Positions 56,192 to 64,000 of a DNA stretch of 64,000 bases are shown here, in pieces (position 1 is the stretch's first letter; every line of letters starts with the position of its first letter). The notes under the pieces are model-generated. The model was not told the origin of the DNA, did no database searches, and saw only the letters and a list, made by a program, of their open reading frames with translations. This DNA is from an uncultured Eubacteriales bacterium. GTDB lineage: Bacteria; Bacillota; Clostridia; Oscillospirales; CAG-272. The position numbers were made by a program, and so were the translations under genes. Location of the stretch: the NCBI GenBank assembly GCA_905187695.1, contig CAJJIY010000005.1:8546-72545 (forward strand), given 5' to 3'.

Positions 56192-57020
56192 GGCGCTCAT
56201 CAAGGTCAGGGGACTGACAAAAAAATTCGGCACGCTCACGGTGCTCTCGGGCATTGACGAGGATATTTACGATGGCGAAAAAATTGCCATTATCGGTCCT
56301 TCCGGCAGTGGGAAATCCACATTTCTCCGTTGCCTTAACTGCATGGAAGATCCCAGCGGCGGTTCGATTTTCTTTGAGGGGGTCGATCTGGCCGATATGC
56401 GTGTGAATATCAACACGCACCGTGAACATATCGGCATGGTTTTTCAGCAGTTCAATCTTTTCAATAACAAGACCGTTCTGGAAAATATTATGCTGGCTCC
56501 GGTTTATGTGGGCAAACGGGATCGAAAACATACCCGTCGCCTGATTTTCCGGACGAAAGTGGCCAACCTTTTCAGAAAAGAAAAGAAGCCCCTGCCGCCC
56601 GCACCGCAGACCCTTTCCGAAATCAAAGAAAAAGCCGAAAAGAAAGCAAAAGAACTTCTTGCCCGCATCGGCCTTCTTGAAAAAGCGGATGTTTATCCAA
56701 GCACGCTGTCCGGCGGACAAAAACAACGGATTGCCATTGCCCGCGCACTGGCCATGAATCCGAAAGTGATGCTTTTTGACGAGCCTACCTCGGCGCTTGA
56801 CCCGGAAATGGTGGGTGAAGTGCTGGATCTGATGAAGCAACTGGCCGGTACCGGCATGACCATGGTGATCGTCACGCACGAGATGGGTTTTGCCCGAGAA
56901 GTGGCCGACCGTGTGCTTTTTATGGCCGATGGGGTCATTGCCGAAGAGGGCACGCCGGAAGAAATTTTCGGTGCGCCAAAGAGCGAACGGCTGAAAACTT
57001 TTCTTTCCAAAGTGCTTTGA
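56178..57020 (+). CDS. Amino acid ABC transporter ATP-binding protein (GlnQ-like) with a ~34-aa basic insertion
   Basis: Walker [10 protein letters not shown], the Q-loop MVFQQFNLF, signature LSGGQKQR, Walker [12 protein letters not shown] and the H-loop VTHEM are present. Confidence 0.9.
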   Translation: MKETEALIKVRGLTKKFGTLTVLSGIDEDIYDGEKIAIIGPSGSGKSTFLRCLNCMEDPSGGSIFFEGVDLADMRVNINTHREHIGMVFQQFNLFNNKTVLENIMLAPVYVGKRDRKHTRRLIFRTKVANLFRKEKKPLPPAPQTLSEIKEKAEKKAKELLARIGLLEKADVYPSTLSGGQKQRIAIARALAMNPKVMLFDEPTSALDPEMVGEVLDLMKQLAGTGMTMVIVTHEMGFAREVADRVLFMADGVIAEEGTPEEIFGAPKSERLKTFLSKVL

Positions 57021-57027
57021 CGGCGGC

Positions 57028-57064
57028 AAAATTCCGCCGGGAAAATTTTCCGGCGGAATTTTTT
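57028..57064 (+). terminator. Rho-independent terminator after the ABC operon
   Basis: AAAATTCCGCCGG pairs with CCGGCGGAATTTT in a 13-bp stem, followed by a T-run. Confidence 0.85.
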
Positions 57065-57072
57065 GAAAACCC

Positions 57073-57101
57073 TTGACAAAGTGTGGGAAGGCGACTATAA
57101 T
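57073..57101 (+). promoter_or_regulatory. Consensus sigma-A promoter of the T-box leader
   Basis: TTGACA (57073-57078), a 17-nt spacer and TATAAT (57096-57101). Confidence 0.7.
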
Positions 57102-57104
57102 ATC

Positions 57105-57346
57105 ACTAAACTGATGACACAGAAAAAAGACGGTTTCCTTTGTGAAAGCGAGCGGGGGAGGGTGAAAGCCCCGTGCAAAGCGCCGTGTAATATGGGCTGT
57201 GGAGGGCGGTGTGAAATGCGCCGACGCTGTGCTCGTTACGCACAGGGATATGACAGTATCCCCAAAGGGCCGAAAGGCTGAAACAAGGTGGCACCGCGAA
57301 GATTTTCTTCGCCCTTGAACGAATTTTGCGTTCGGGGGCGTTTTTT
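57105..57346 (+). ncRNA. T-box riboswitch leader, Trp (UGG) specifier
   Basis: The K-turn is CTGATGA (57111-57117). The lower Stem I pairs CACAG (57118-57122) with CTGTG (57197-57201). The AG bulge is AGCGAG and the distal loop is GAGGGTGAAAG. The specifier loop GTAATATGGG carries UGG at 57193-57195 followed by a purine. The T-box sequence is AAACAAGGTGGCACCGCGAA (57281-57300). The terminator is a 12-bp stem (57310-57321 / 57329-57340) plus T6. Confidence 0.85.
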
Positions 57347-57370
57347 GTTTCCCCCGGAAAGGAGAAAAGT

Positions 57371-58747
57371 ATGAACATTCCCTACAAAATCTACCTGAAC
57401 GAATCCGAAATGCCCACCGCATGGTATAATCTTCGCGCGGATATGAAGAAAAAGCCCGCGCCGCTCCTGAATCCCGCCACCGGCGAACCGATGACGCTGG
57501 ATGAACTTTCTCATGTTTTCTGCCGGGAGTTGGCCGCACAGGAGTTGAACGATACCGACCGGTTCATTCCGATTCCGGATGAAATCCGGGATTTTTACCG
57601 GATGTATCGTCCCTCTCCCCTGATCCGTGCGTATTGTCTTGAAAAAAAGATGGGTACGCCCGCTAAAATCTACTATAAATTTGAGGGCAACAACACCAGC
57701 GGTTCACACAAACTCAATTCGGCCATCGCGCAGGCCTACTATGCCAAAAAGCAGGGGCTTCGCGGGGTCACCACCGAAACCGGCGCAGGGCAGTGGGGTA
57801 CGGCGCTGTCCATGGCCTGCTCCTATTTCGGGCTGGACTGTCATGTTTTCATGGTGAAGTGTTCCTATGAACAAAAACCTTTCCGCCGGGAAGTGATGCG
57901 CACCTATGGCGCGGATGTCACGCCGTCCCCGTCCGATAAAACCGAAGTCGGTCGTCGGATTCTTGCCGAGTTTCCCGGAACGACCGGCAGTCTCGGTTGC
58001 GCCATTTCGGAGGCGGTGGAGGCCGCCACCACGCGCGAAGGTTACCGTTATGTGCTGGGCAGTGTGCTTTCACAGGTGCTTCTTCACCAGAGCGTGATCG
58101 GACTTGAAAGCAAAACCGCGCTTGATAAATACGGCGTCAAACCGGATATCATCATCGGCTGTGCGGGCGGCGGTTCCAATCTGGGCGGTCTTATTGCCCC
58201 CTTTATGGGCGAAAAACTGCGCGGGGAGGCCGATTATCGGTTCATTGCGGTCGAGCCCGCCAGTTGCCCCAGTCTCACGCGCGGTTCGTATGTTTATGAT
58301 TTCTGCGATACCGGAAAGGTCTGCCCCCTGGCAAAAATGTACACACTGGGCAGCGGTTTCATCCCCGCACCCAATCACGCGGGCGGACTTCGCTATCACG
58401 GTATGAGTTCGGTGGTTTCCGAACTGTATGACGAGGGGCTTATGGAAGCCCGGAGCGTGAAGCAGACCGATGTATTTGCCGCCGCCGAGTATTTTGCCCG
58501 AATCGAGGGAATCCTCCCCGCGCCCGAAAGTGCGCATGCCATCCGGGTCGCCATGGACGAAGCGGAAAAATGTAAGGAAACGGGTGAAGAAAAGACCATT
58601 TTGTTCGGTCTCACCGGCACCGGATATTTCGACATGTATGCCTATGAAAAATTCCACGACGGCAAAATGAGCGACTATATCCCCACCGATGCCGACATTG
58701 CCAAAAGTCTCTCGGATATTCCGGTTTTACCCGCAAAAAACTCTTGA
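57371..58747 (+). CDS. TrpB-like PLP-dependent enzyme (TrpB2-type tryptophan synthase beta)
   Basis: ATG 57371 follows GGAAAGGAGAA. At ~458 aa it has TrpB2 features: YKFEGNNTSGSHKLNSA (PLP lysine), TETGAGQWG and GCAGGGSN. Confidence 0.85.
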   Translation: MNIPYKIYLNESEMPTAWYNLRADMKKKPAPLLNPATGEPMTLDELSHVFCRELAAQELNDTDRFIPIPDEIRDFYRMYRPSPLIRAYCLEKKMGTPAKIYYKFEGNNTSGSHKLNSAIAQAYYAKKQGLRGVTTETGAGQWGTALSMACSYFGLDCHVFMVKCSYEQKPFRREVMRTYGADVTPSPSDKTEVGRRILAEFPGTTGSLGCAISEAVEAATTREGYRYVLGSVLSQVLLHQSVIGLESKTALDKYGVKPDIIIGCAGGGSNLGGLIAPFMGEKLRGEADYRFIAVEPASCPSLTRGSYVYDFCDTGKVCPLAKMYTLGSGFIPAPNHAGGLRYHGMSSVVSELYDEGLMEARSVKQTDVFAAAEYFARIEGILPAPESAHAIRVAMDEAEKCKETGEEKTILFGLTGTGYFDMYAYEKFHDGKMSDYIPTDADIAKSLSDIPVLPAKNS

Positions 58748-58772
58748 CATCCGGGCACAAAAGGGCTATACT
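58744..58772 (+). promoter_or_regulatory. Sigma-A-type promoter for galE
   Basis: TTGACA (58744-58749, overlapping the upstream stop codon), a 17-nt spacer and TATACT (58767-58772). Confidence 0.6.
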
Positions 58773-58817
58773 TTTTTTAGATGAACAGCGGATATGCTCC
58801 GCGGAAAGAGGCAGACA

Positions 58818-59828
58818 ATGCGGGTATTGTTAACAGGCGGTGCCGGATATATCGGCACGCATACAGTGGTTGAAATGGAAAATGCCGGGCACGAGGCGGT
58901 GGTGGTTGATAATTATGTCAACAGTTCGCCGAAAGCCATGGAACGGGTGGAGAAAATTCTGGGGAAGAAGGTGCCCGTTTACGAGGCGGATGTCGCGGAC
59001 GAAGCGGCGCTTGACCGGATTTTCGCGGCCGAAAAGATTGACGCGGTTGTGCACTTTGCGGGTCTTAAGGCCGTGGGCGAATCGGTCCGGAAACCCTTGG
59101 AATATTATAAAAACAATCTGGATTCCACCTTTTCGCTTTTGCGCTCGATGGAAAAAGCGGGTGTGCACAAGCTGATTTTTTCCTCCTCTGCCACAGTTTA
59201 CGGCACCCCGGAAAAATGCCCCATTACCGAGGATATGCACACGGGCGATTGTTCCAACCCTTACGGATGGACCAAATTCATGATCGAGCAGATTTTAAAG
59301 GATTATTGCCATGCGCATCCGGAGATGCAGGTCATTCTGCTTCGGTATTTCAATCCCGTTGGGGCACATAAGAGCGGCCTGATCGGGGAATCACCCAACG
59401 GAATCCCCAATAATCTCATGCCCTATATCACTCAGGTGGCGGTCGGAAAACTGAAAGAACTTTCGGTGTTCGGCAATGATTATCCCACGCCGGACGGCAC
59501 GGGCGTGCGGGATTATATCCATGTGGTCGATCTGGCGCGGGGACATGTGGCGGCGCTGGGTTACAACAAACCCGGTGTGGGTGTTTTCAATCTCGGCACG
59601 GGTATCGGATACAGCGTGCTGGATATGGTCAATACCTTCAGCCGCGTCAATGGCGTACCGGTGCCGTATCGTATTGCGCCCCGCCGTCCGGGCGACATTG
59701 CCGCATGTTATGCCGATTCTTCGCTGGCCGGGAAAGAGCTGGGCTGGAAAGCCGAGCTGACGCTTTCGGATATGGTACGGGATTCCTGGAACTTCCAGTT
59801 GAAGAACCCGAACGGATACGAAGACTGA
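58818..59828 (+). CDS. galE: UDP-glucose 4-epimerase
   Basis: GalE blocks are present: MRVLLTGGAGYIGTH, SSSATVYG, the YGWTK catalytic YxxxK and RDYIHVVDLA. Confidence 0.93.
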   Translation: MRVLLTGGAGYIGTHTVVEMENAGHEAVVVDNYVNSSPKAMERVEKILGKKVPVYEADVADEAALDRIFAAEKIDAVVHFAGLKAVGESVRKPLEYYKNNLDSTFSLLRSMEKAGVHKLIFSSSATVYGTPEKCPITEDMHTGDCSNPYGWTKFMIEQILKDYCHAHPEMQVILLRYFNPVGAHKSGLIGESPNGIPNNLMPYITQVAVGKLKELSVFGNDYPTPDGTGVRDYIHVVDLARGHVAALGYNKPGVGVFNLGTGIGYSVLDMVNTFSRVNGVPVPYRIAPRRPGDIAACYADSSLAGKELGWKAELTLSDMVRDSWNFQLKNPNGYED

Positions 59829-59861
59829 AAAAAGCGGTTCCTTTGGCGGATGACCCTTTTT

Positions 59862-59900
59862 AAAACGCCTCCCTTGCATTTTTTCGCAGGGAGGCGTTTT
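59862..59900 (+). terminator. Rho-independent terminator after galE
   Basis: AAAACGCCTCCCT pairs with AGGGAGGCGTTTT. Confidence 0.85.
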
Positions 59901-59955
59901 GGCGCTTCGTGCATTCTGCCCCCGGAAGGCGGCGTTTTTTTATTAAAATTGCCTC

Positions 59956-59984
59956 TTGCATTTTCTACATAAATATGATAAAAT
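59956..59984 (+). promoter_or_regulatory. Extended -10 promoter for the CarD-like gene
   Basis: TTGCAT (59956-59961), a 17-nt spacer and TAAAAT (59979-59984), preceded by TGA. Confidence 0.6.
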
Positions 59985-60041
59985 ATATATAAACAATATT
60001 TGATTATTATATGTAGAAATTTAACACAAAGGGGGCGCGCC

Positions 60042-60548
60042 ATGTTTGCAGTCGGTGAATATATTGTGTACGGGACAAATGGTATCTGCCGGGTGGAAGG
60101 GATCGGCCCCGCTCCTTACGATAAGAGTGATACGCGTGTTTTTTATCTGCTTGTTCCGGTGAATAATCCGCTTTCCTCCACCATTTATACGCCGGTGGAT
60201 AACCGGCGCGTTCCCATGCGCCGCCTGATGACGCCAACGGAAATTGAGGCGCTTATTGCCGAAATGCCGCAAATTGAGACTCTGACGGTTCCCGTGGAAA
60301 AGCAAAGAAGAGATATTTACCGCGGCACGCTGATGGAACTGCGCCCCAGGGGTTATGTGCAGATCATCAAGACCGTGCACCGCCGCCGCGCCGAACTGAC
60401 TGCGGCACACAAACATTTTCCGGTGACGGATCTTGAATACGGTCGCCTGGCCAAACATCTGCTTTTCAGCGAGTGCGCCCATGTATTGGGGTTGAGTGAA
60501 GACGCCATAGAACAGTATATTGAAGATCGTCTGCCACAGGCAAAATAA
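60042..60548 (+). CDS. CarD/CdnL-family transcriptional regulator
   Basis: ATG 60042 follows AAAGGGGG. The N-terminal Tudor-like segment FAVGEYIVYGTNGICRVEGI...VFYLLVPV is typical of the CarD_CdnL_TRCF domain. Confidence 0.75.
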   Translation: MFAVGEYIVYGTNGICRVEGIGPAPYDKSDTRVFYLLVPVNNPLSSTIYTPVDNRRVPMRRLMTPTEIEALIAEMPQIETLTVPVEKQRRDIYRGTLMELRPRGYVQIIKTVHRRRAELTAAHKHFPVTDLEYGRLAKHLLFSECAHVLGLSEDAIEQYIEDRLPQAK

Positions 60549-60551
60549 AAG

Positions 60552-60578
60552 TCCGCGCGAAATCCGCGCGGATTTTTT
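60552..60578 (+). terminator. Rho-independent terminator
   Basis: TCCGCGCG pairs with CGCGCGGA, followed by T6. Confidence 0.8.
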
Positions 60579-60647
60579 CTTTCCTTTGTTGACAAACCTG
60601 TCGGAAAAGGGTAAAATAAAAAAGAATTGAAAAAAGGGGGGAAGAAT

Positions 60648-61646
60648 ATGCTGACTCAGGCACAAAGCGAATATAAGCGTCTGACTTTGCGGCTCGGTTT
60701 TACCATGCTTTTGTTTGTCGGCCTCTTTTTCGGATACAGCATGCTGATGCCGGCATTGCAGTTGCTTTTTACCCTGACCTTAAAAAATGCCGTTCTTTCG
60801 GATATCCTGTATGAGATTGTTTACGGGCTTCTCTATGCCGCTTGTTTTGCGTTGCCGGTTTACTTTTTCCGCCTGATTTCACCGGAGAACCGTTCTTTCC
60901 ATGTCAGGACCGAATGGAAACTGCCGTCCTTTGCGCCGCTTTATATTTTTGCGGGAATTGCCGTTATTATGGTGGCGGCTTACCTGAACGCCTATTTGCT
61001 GGAGATCTTTCATTACAATGATTTCATCGGCGAGCTGACGGACGAATCGTACACGCAGAATTATCAGCTTATTTTGGCCTTTTTCACCACTGCTGTGGTG
61101 CCCGGCTTTGTGGAGGAGTTCCTTTTCCGGGGACTGATTCTGGAAAAACTGCTTCCGTATGGCCGCGAAACGGCCGTCATCTTCAGTGCGCTTTTGTTCG
61201 GTCTTATGCATCAGAACGCAGGGCAGTTCCTGTATGCTACGGTTGCAGGGCTGGTGCTCGGCTACCTTTATGTCATCACACGCAGTATCTGGTGCGGCGT
61301 GCTGCTGCATTTTTCAAACAATTTCTTTTCGGTGCTGATGGGAGCGCTTTCCGAGCGTTTATCCGGAGCGACCGGAAATGCGGTGACCTATCTGATTGAT
61401 TTTGCGGTGATGGCCGTTGGGTTTACGGCGGCCGTTTTCCTCCTTTTCCGGGTAAAGGACAACCGTCTTGAGGCCCAGCGGAGCGGTTGTTTCGGGCGTT
61501 CTCTGCCGCTTCATCCGGATGCGGGCACGGTCGAACTCCCCTGGCGCGACCGTGTGCGGCTCTTCTTCCCCTATTCAATGATCATATTCACCGTGATCGC
61601 CTGCCTTGAAATGGGCGGTTATCTTCTTATGGCTGTTTTAAGGTAA
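60648..61646 (+). CDS. CPBP-family intramembrane glutamic endopeptidase (CAAX protease / Abi family)
   Basis: The motifs EEFLFRG, FGLMH and HFSNN occur in the expected order within TM segments. ATG 60648 follows GGGGGGAAG. Confidence 0.85.
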   Translation: MLTQAQSEYKRLTLRLGFTMLLFVGLFFGYSMLMPALQLLFTLTLKNAVLSDILYEIVYGLLYAACFALPVYFFRLISPENRSFHVRTEWKLPSFAPLYIFAGIAVIMVAAYLNAYLLEIFHYNDFIGELTDESYTQNYQLILAFFTTAVVPGFVEEFLFRGLILEKLLPYGRETAVIFSALLFGLMHQNAGQFLYATVAGLVLGYLYVITRSIWCGVLLHFSNNFFSVLMGALSERLSGATGNAVTYLIDFAVMAVGFTAAVFLLFRVKDNRLEAQRSGCFGRSLPLHPDAGTVELPWRDRVRLFFPYSMIIFTVIACLEMGGYLLMAVLR

Positions 61647-61655
61647 GGACGCGCC

Positions 61656-62198
61656 GTGTGTAAAAAATTTGAAGAAACCGATTTGTTTTATATGAATCTG
61701 GCTCTTTGCGAAGCAAGACAGGCCGCCAAAGAGGGTGAAACGCCGGTGGGTGCGCTGGTGGTGCGGGAAGGACGCGTGCTTGCCGCCGCCCATAACCGGC
61801 GGGAAGCCCTGCGGGATATCGGCGCCCATGCCGAAATGCTGGCGCTCTCAGCTGCCGCGAAAGAAACGGGCGACTGGCGGCTTTCCGGCTGTACGCTTTA
61901 TGTTACGATGGAACCCTGTCCGATGTGCGCCGGGGCGCTACTGGCCGCCCGCGTTTCCCGGGTGGTGTACGGCGCGCCAGACGCCGTGGCGGGCGCCATG
62001 GGAAGCGTGGTCAACCTGCCGCGGTTTCCGCTGGGTGCGCACCCCGTTGTGGAGGGCGGATTGCTGGCAGAGGCGAGCCGGGCGCTCCTTCGGGATTTTT
62101 TTGTCCGGAAAAGGGAAGAAAAGAAAAACAGACCGGAAAAATGCGAATGCCTGACCGATCTGCAAACTACAAAAAAGGATAATAAACAAGAAAAATGA
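61656..62198 (+). CDS. tadA: tRNA adenosine(34) deaminase
   Basis: The GTG start follows AAGGTAAGGA. The CDA zinc motifs HAEMLAL and MEPCPMCAGA are present. Confidence 0.9.
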   Translation: MCKKFEETDLFYMNLALCEARQAAKEGETPVGALVVREGRVLAAAHNRREALRDIGAHAEMLALSAAAKETGDWRLSGCTLYVTMEPCPMCAGALLAARVSRVVYGAPDAVAGAMGSVVNLPRFPLGAHPVVEGGLLAEASRALLRDFFVRKREEKKNRPEKCECLTDLQTTKKDNKQEK

Positions 62199-63466
62199 TA
62201 CCTGCGCTTATTCTCTTCGCGGTTACTTATGTGCTCATGCTGATATTCGGCAAATACCGCCCCTGCATTGCGCTGACTTCAGGGCTGGTATTTATCTGCA
62301 CCGGAATGTTGCCGCTTGAAAAAATTCTTCCGTCCATTGATTTCAATGTTCTGCTCATGATCATCGGGACCATGGGACTGGTGGCGCTTTTTACCGAGAG
62401 CCGGATGCCGATGCTCCTTTCCGACCTGATTATGGAGCGTGTGCCCAATGTCAAATGGGCGGCCGTGGCGCTTTCGCTTTTTGCCGGCGTCATTTCGGCT
62501 TTTGTGGATAATGTGGCCACAGTGCTGATGATTGCCCCCATTGGCCTTTCCATCTGCCGGAAGCTGAAGGCCAATCCCGTTCCGTTCATCATTTCCATCG
62601 CGGTTTCTTCCAACCTGCAGGGCGCGGCCACGCTGGTGGGGGATACCACCGCCATTATGCTCGGTTCTTCGTTGCAGATGAGTTTTGCGGACTTTTTCTG
62701 GTATCACGGCCGGCCGGGGATGTTTTTTATGGTGGAACTGGGGGCTTTGCTCTCGGCACTCATCCTTTTGTTCATTTTCCGGCGCGAGAACGCCCCGGTG
62801 GAGCGGCAAGGCGAACGCACGAAAGTGACCGATCCCGTGCCCACCGTTCTGCTTTCGCTTTCGCTTGTCTGCCTGATTGCGGTTTCCTTTATTCCGGAAA
62901 AACCGTCTGTTACCAATGGAGCCATCTGCTGTGCGCTTTTTGCGGTCGGTCTTGTGTATAAACTCCTTCGGACCCGCCGCTTGCCCTCGCTGTTGCCCAC
63001 ACTGAAAGAAATTGATTTTATCACCATCGGCATGTTGGTCGGGCTCTTTCTCATGATCGGCGGCATTGCCGAACAGGGCGTGATTGATGCGGCGGCTTCT
63101 CTCCTTTCCCGCGTGGGCGGCGGAAACGCGTTTGTCCTTTATACGCTCATTGTCTGGGGTTCGGTGGTCATTTCGGCTTTCATTGACAACATTCCCTATG
63201 TGGCCACCATGCTCCCGGTGGTGGCGGGGCTTTCCCCGGTGCTGGGGATGGACCCCACGCCGCTTTATTTCGGGCTTCTTTCGGGGGCCACGCTGGGCGG
63301 GAACTGCACGCCCATGGGTGCTTCCGCCAATATTACCGGCATCGGCATTCTTCGCCGGGAAGGTTATGAGGTTAAAAACCGTGATTTCTTCCGCATCGGC
63401 ATCCCGTTCACGCTGGCGGCCGTCATCCCGGTCTATATTTTGATTTGGATCTGTTTCGGAATATAA
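62195..63466 (+). CDS. ArsB/NhaD-superfamily anion permease (CitMHS-like)
   Basis: The start overlaps tadA in ATGA. It has ~10-12 TM segments with the family-like blocks FVDNVATVLMIAP and FIDNIPYVATMLP, a duplicated half-transporter motif. Confidence 0.75.
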   Translation: MIPALILFAVTYVLMLIFGKYRPCIALTSGLVFICTGMLPLEKILPSIDFNVLLMIIGTMGLVALFTESRMPMLLSDLIMERVPNVKWAAVALSLFAGVISAFVDNVATVLMIAPIGLSICRKLKANPVPFIISIAVSSNLQGAATLVGDTTAIMLGSSLQMSFADFFWYHGRPGMFFMVELGALLSALILLFIFRRENAPVERQGERTKVTDPVPTVLLSLSLVCLIAVSFIPEKPSVTNGAICCALFAVGLVYKLLRTRRLPSLLPTLKEIDFITIGMLVGLFLMIGGIAEQGVIDAAASLLSRVGGGNAFVLYTLIVWGSVVISAFIDNIPYVATMLPVVAGLSPVLGMDPTPLYFGLLSGATLGGNCTPMGASANITGIGILRREGYEVKNRDFFRIGIPFTLAAVIPVYILIWICFGI

Positions 63467-63482
63467 TTTTTGCAAGTTTCTC

Positions 63483-63511
63483 TTGACAAACTTGCAAAAA
63501 AGTGCTACAAT
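63483..63511 (+). promoter_or_regulatory. Sigma-A-type promoter
   Basis: TTGACA (63483-63488), a 17-nt spacer and TACAAT (63506-63511). Confidence 0.65.
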
Positions 63512-63593
63512 ACCCTATACACGAAGGGGCAACGGCGTCCGCGTGCATTTTTTGCACGCAGGAGCCGCCTTTCTTTTTTGGGAGGAATCGGTT

Positions 63594-64000
63594 ATGAAAC
63601 GAGAAGGCGAAGTCCGGATTCCGGCCGGATGTGCCATTGCCGGAGTTTTTTCCCGTTCGGGGGAGCGGATACCGGGCGATCTGGTGGTCCGGGCTATGCG
63701 CGTCATGCACGAGCGCTCCAACGGTCTTGGCGGCGGGTTTGCCGGATACGGGATTTATCCGGAATATAAAGATTTTTACGCTTTTCATGTTTTTTATGAT
63801 GACAGGGAAGCACGCGCGGAATGTGAAAAATATCTGGATGAAAAATTTGAGATCATCAATCTTTCCAAAATCCCGGTGCGCAAAAGCCCGAAAATCAAAG
63901 ACGAGCCGCTCATCTGGCGCTACTTTCTCACACCCAATCACAATCTTCTGCGGGACAGCCACCTTCACGAGCGGGAATATGTGGCGCGCAGTGTGATCTA
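63594..64000 (+). CDS. Class-II (Ntn) glutamine amidotransferase domain protein, glutamate-synthase-associated type; 3' end outside the window
   Basis: It is absent from the ORF track because the frame runs off the window. GGGAGGAA lies 6 nt before ATG 63594. The translation reads MKREGEVRIPAGCAIAGVFSRSGERIPGDLVVRAMRVMHERSNGLGGGFAGYGIYPEYKDFYAFHVFYDD, with the Ntn-type Cys after a short propeptide. Confidence 0.7.
   Translation, partial: MKREGEVRIPAGCAIAGVFSRSGERIPGDLVVRAMRVMHERSNGLGGGFAGYGIYPEYKDFYAFHVFYDDREARAECEKYLDEKFEIINLSKIPVRKSPKIKDEPLIWRYFLTPNHNLLRDSHLHEREYVARSVI

Noticed and set aside
59965-60015. 7-bp inverted repeat CTACATA / TATGTAG flanking the CarD-like promoter region
   Set aside because: The arms are short and lie in a very AT-rich promoter tract. 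This is indistinguishable from chance without conservation data.

Overview
GC-rich chromosomal segment from a spore-forming Firmicute. The Clostridia-type assignment is an inference from gene content: spoIIR, spoIIAA-spoIIAB-sigF, spoIIGA-sigE and ytvI are all present. Most of the window is housekeeping. It holds ddh, mscL, pgk-tpiA, rbfA-nrnA, metG, gpsA-tatD, an EF-G paralog, brnQ, rpsT, rpoB-rpoC, an amino-acid ABC system, a Trp T-box upstream of a TrpB-like gene, galE, tadA and several transporters. Many sigma-A-like promoters (TTGACA-17-TATAAT class) and stem-loop/T-run terminators are readable directly. Four regions look accessory or unusual. (1) At 1..10726, three tandem paralogous giant secreted proteins are built from [IV]x[IV]xGGxF repeats; one is fused to a metallophosphoesterase and a LamG-like domain. 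(2) At 23462..25663 sits a visibly AT-rich 2.2-kb island flanked by two gene remnants. It carries a self-contained two-gene operon: an XRE-HTH fusion protein plus a small helical protein with an Rx4H (HEPN-like) motif. This is my best candidate for an undescribed defence or toxin-like module. (3) Two unannotated micro-ORFs (39 and 57 aa) share a D[VI]I[TA]AS core; one has its own consensus promoter and terminator next to a MacB/FtsX-type ABC exporter. (4) A Q/N/G/F-rich 21-bp tandem-repeat membrane protein lies divergent from a DUF2752 gene. Smaller oddities are a frameshifted HMA copper-chaperone gene, a beta-lactamase-fold protein with degenerate catalytic motifs, and Lys/Glu-rich insertions in PGK and in an ABC ATPase. 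There is also a 65-nt spoIIAB/sigF overlap and a spoIIG-type promoter with a 22-bp spacer. I recognised no rRNA, tRNA, CRISPR array, transposase or integrase. All calls rest on reading the sequence and recalling family motifs; no database search was run.
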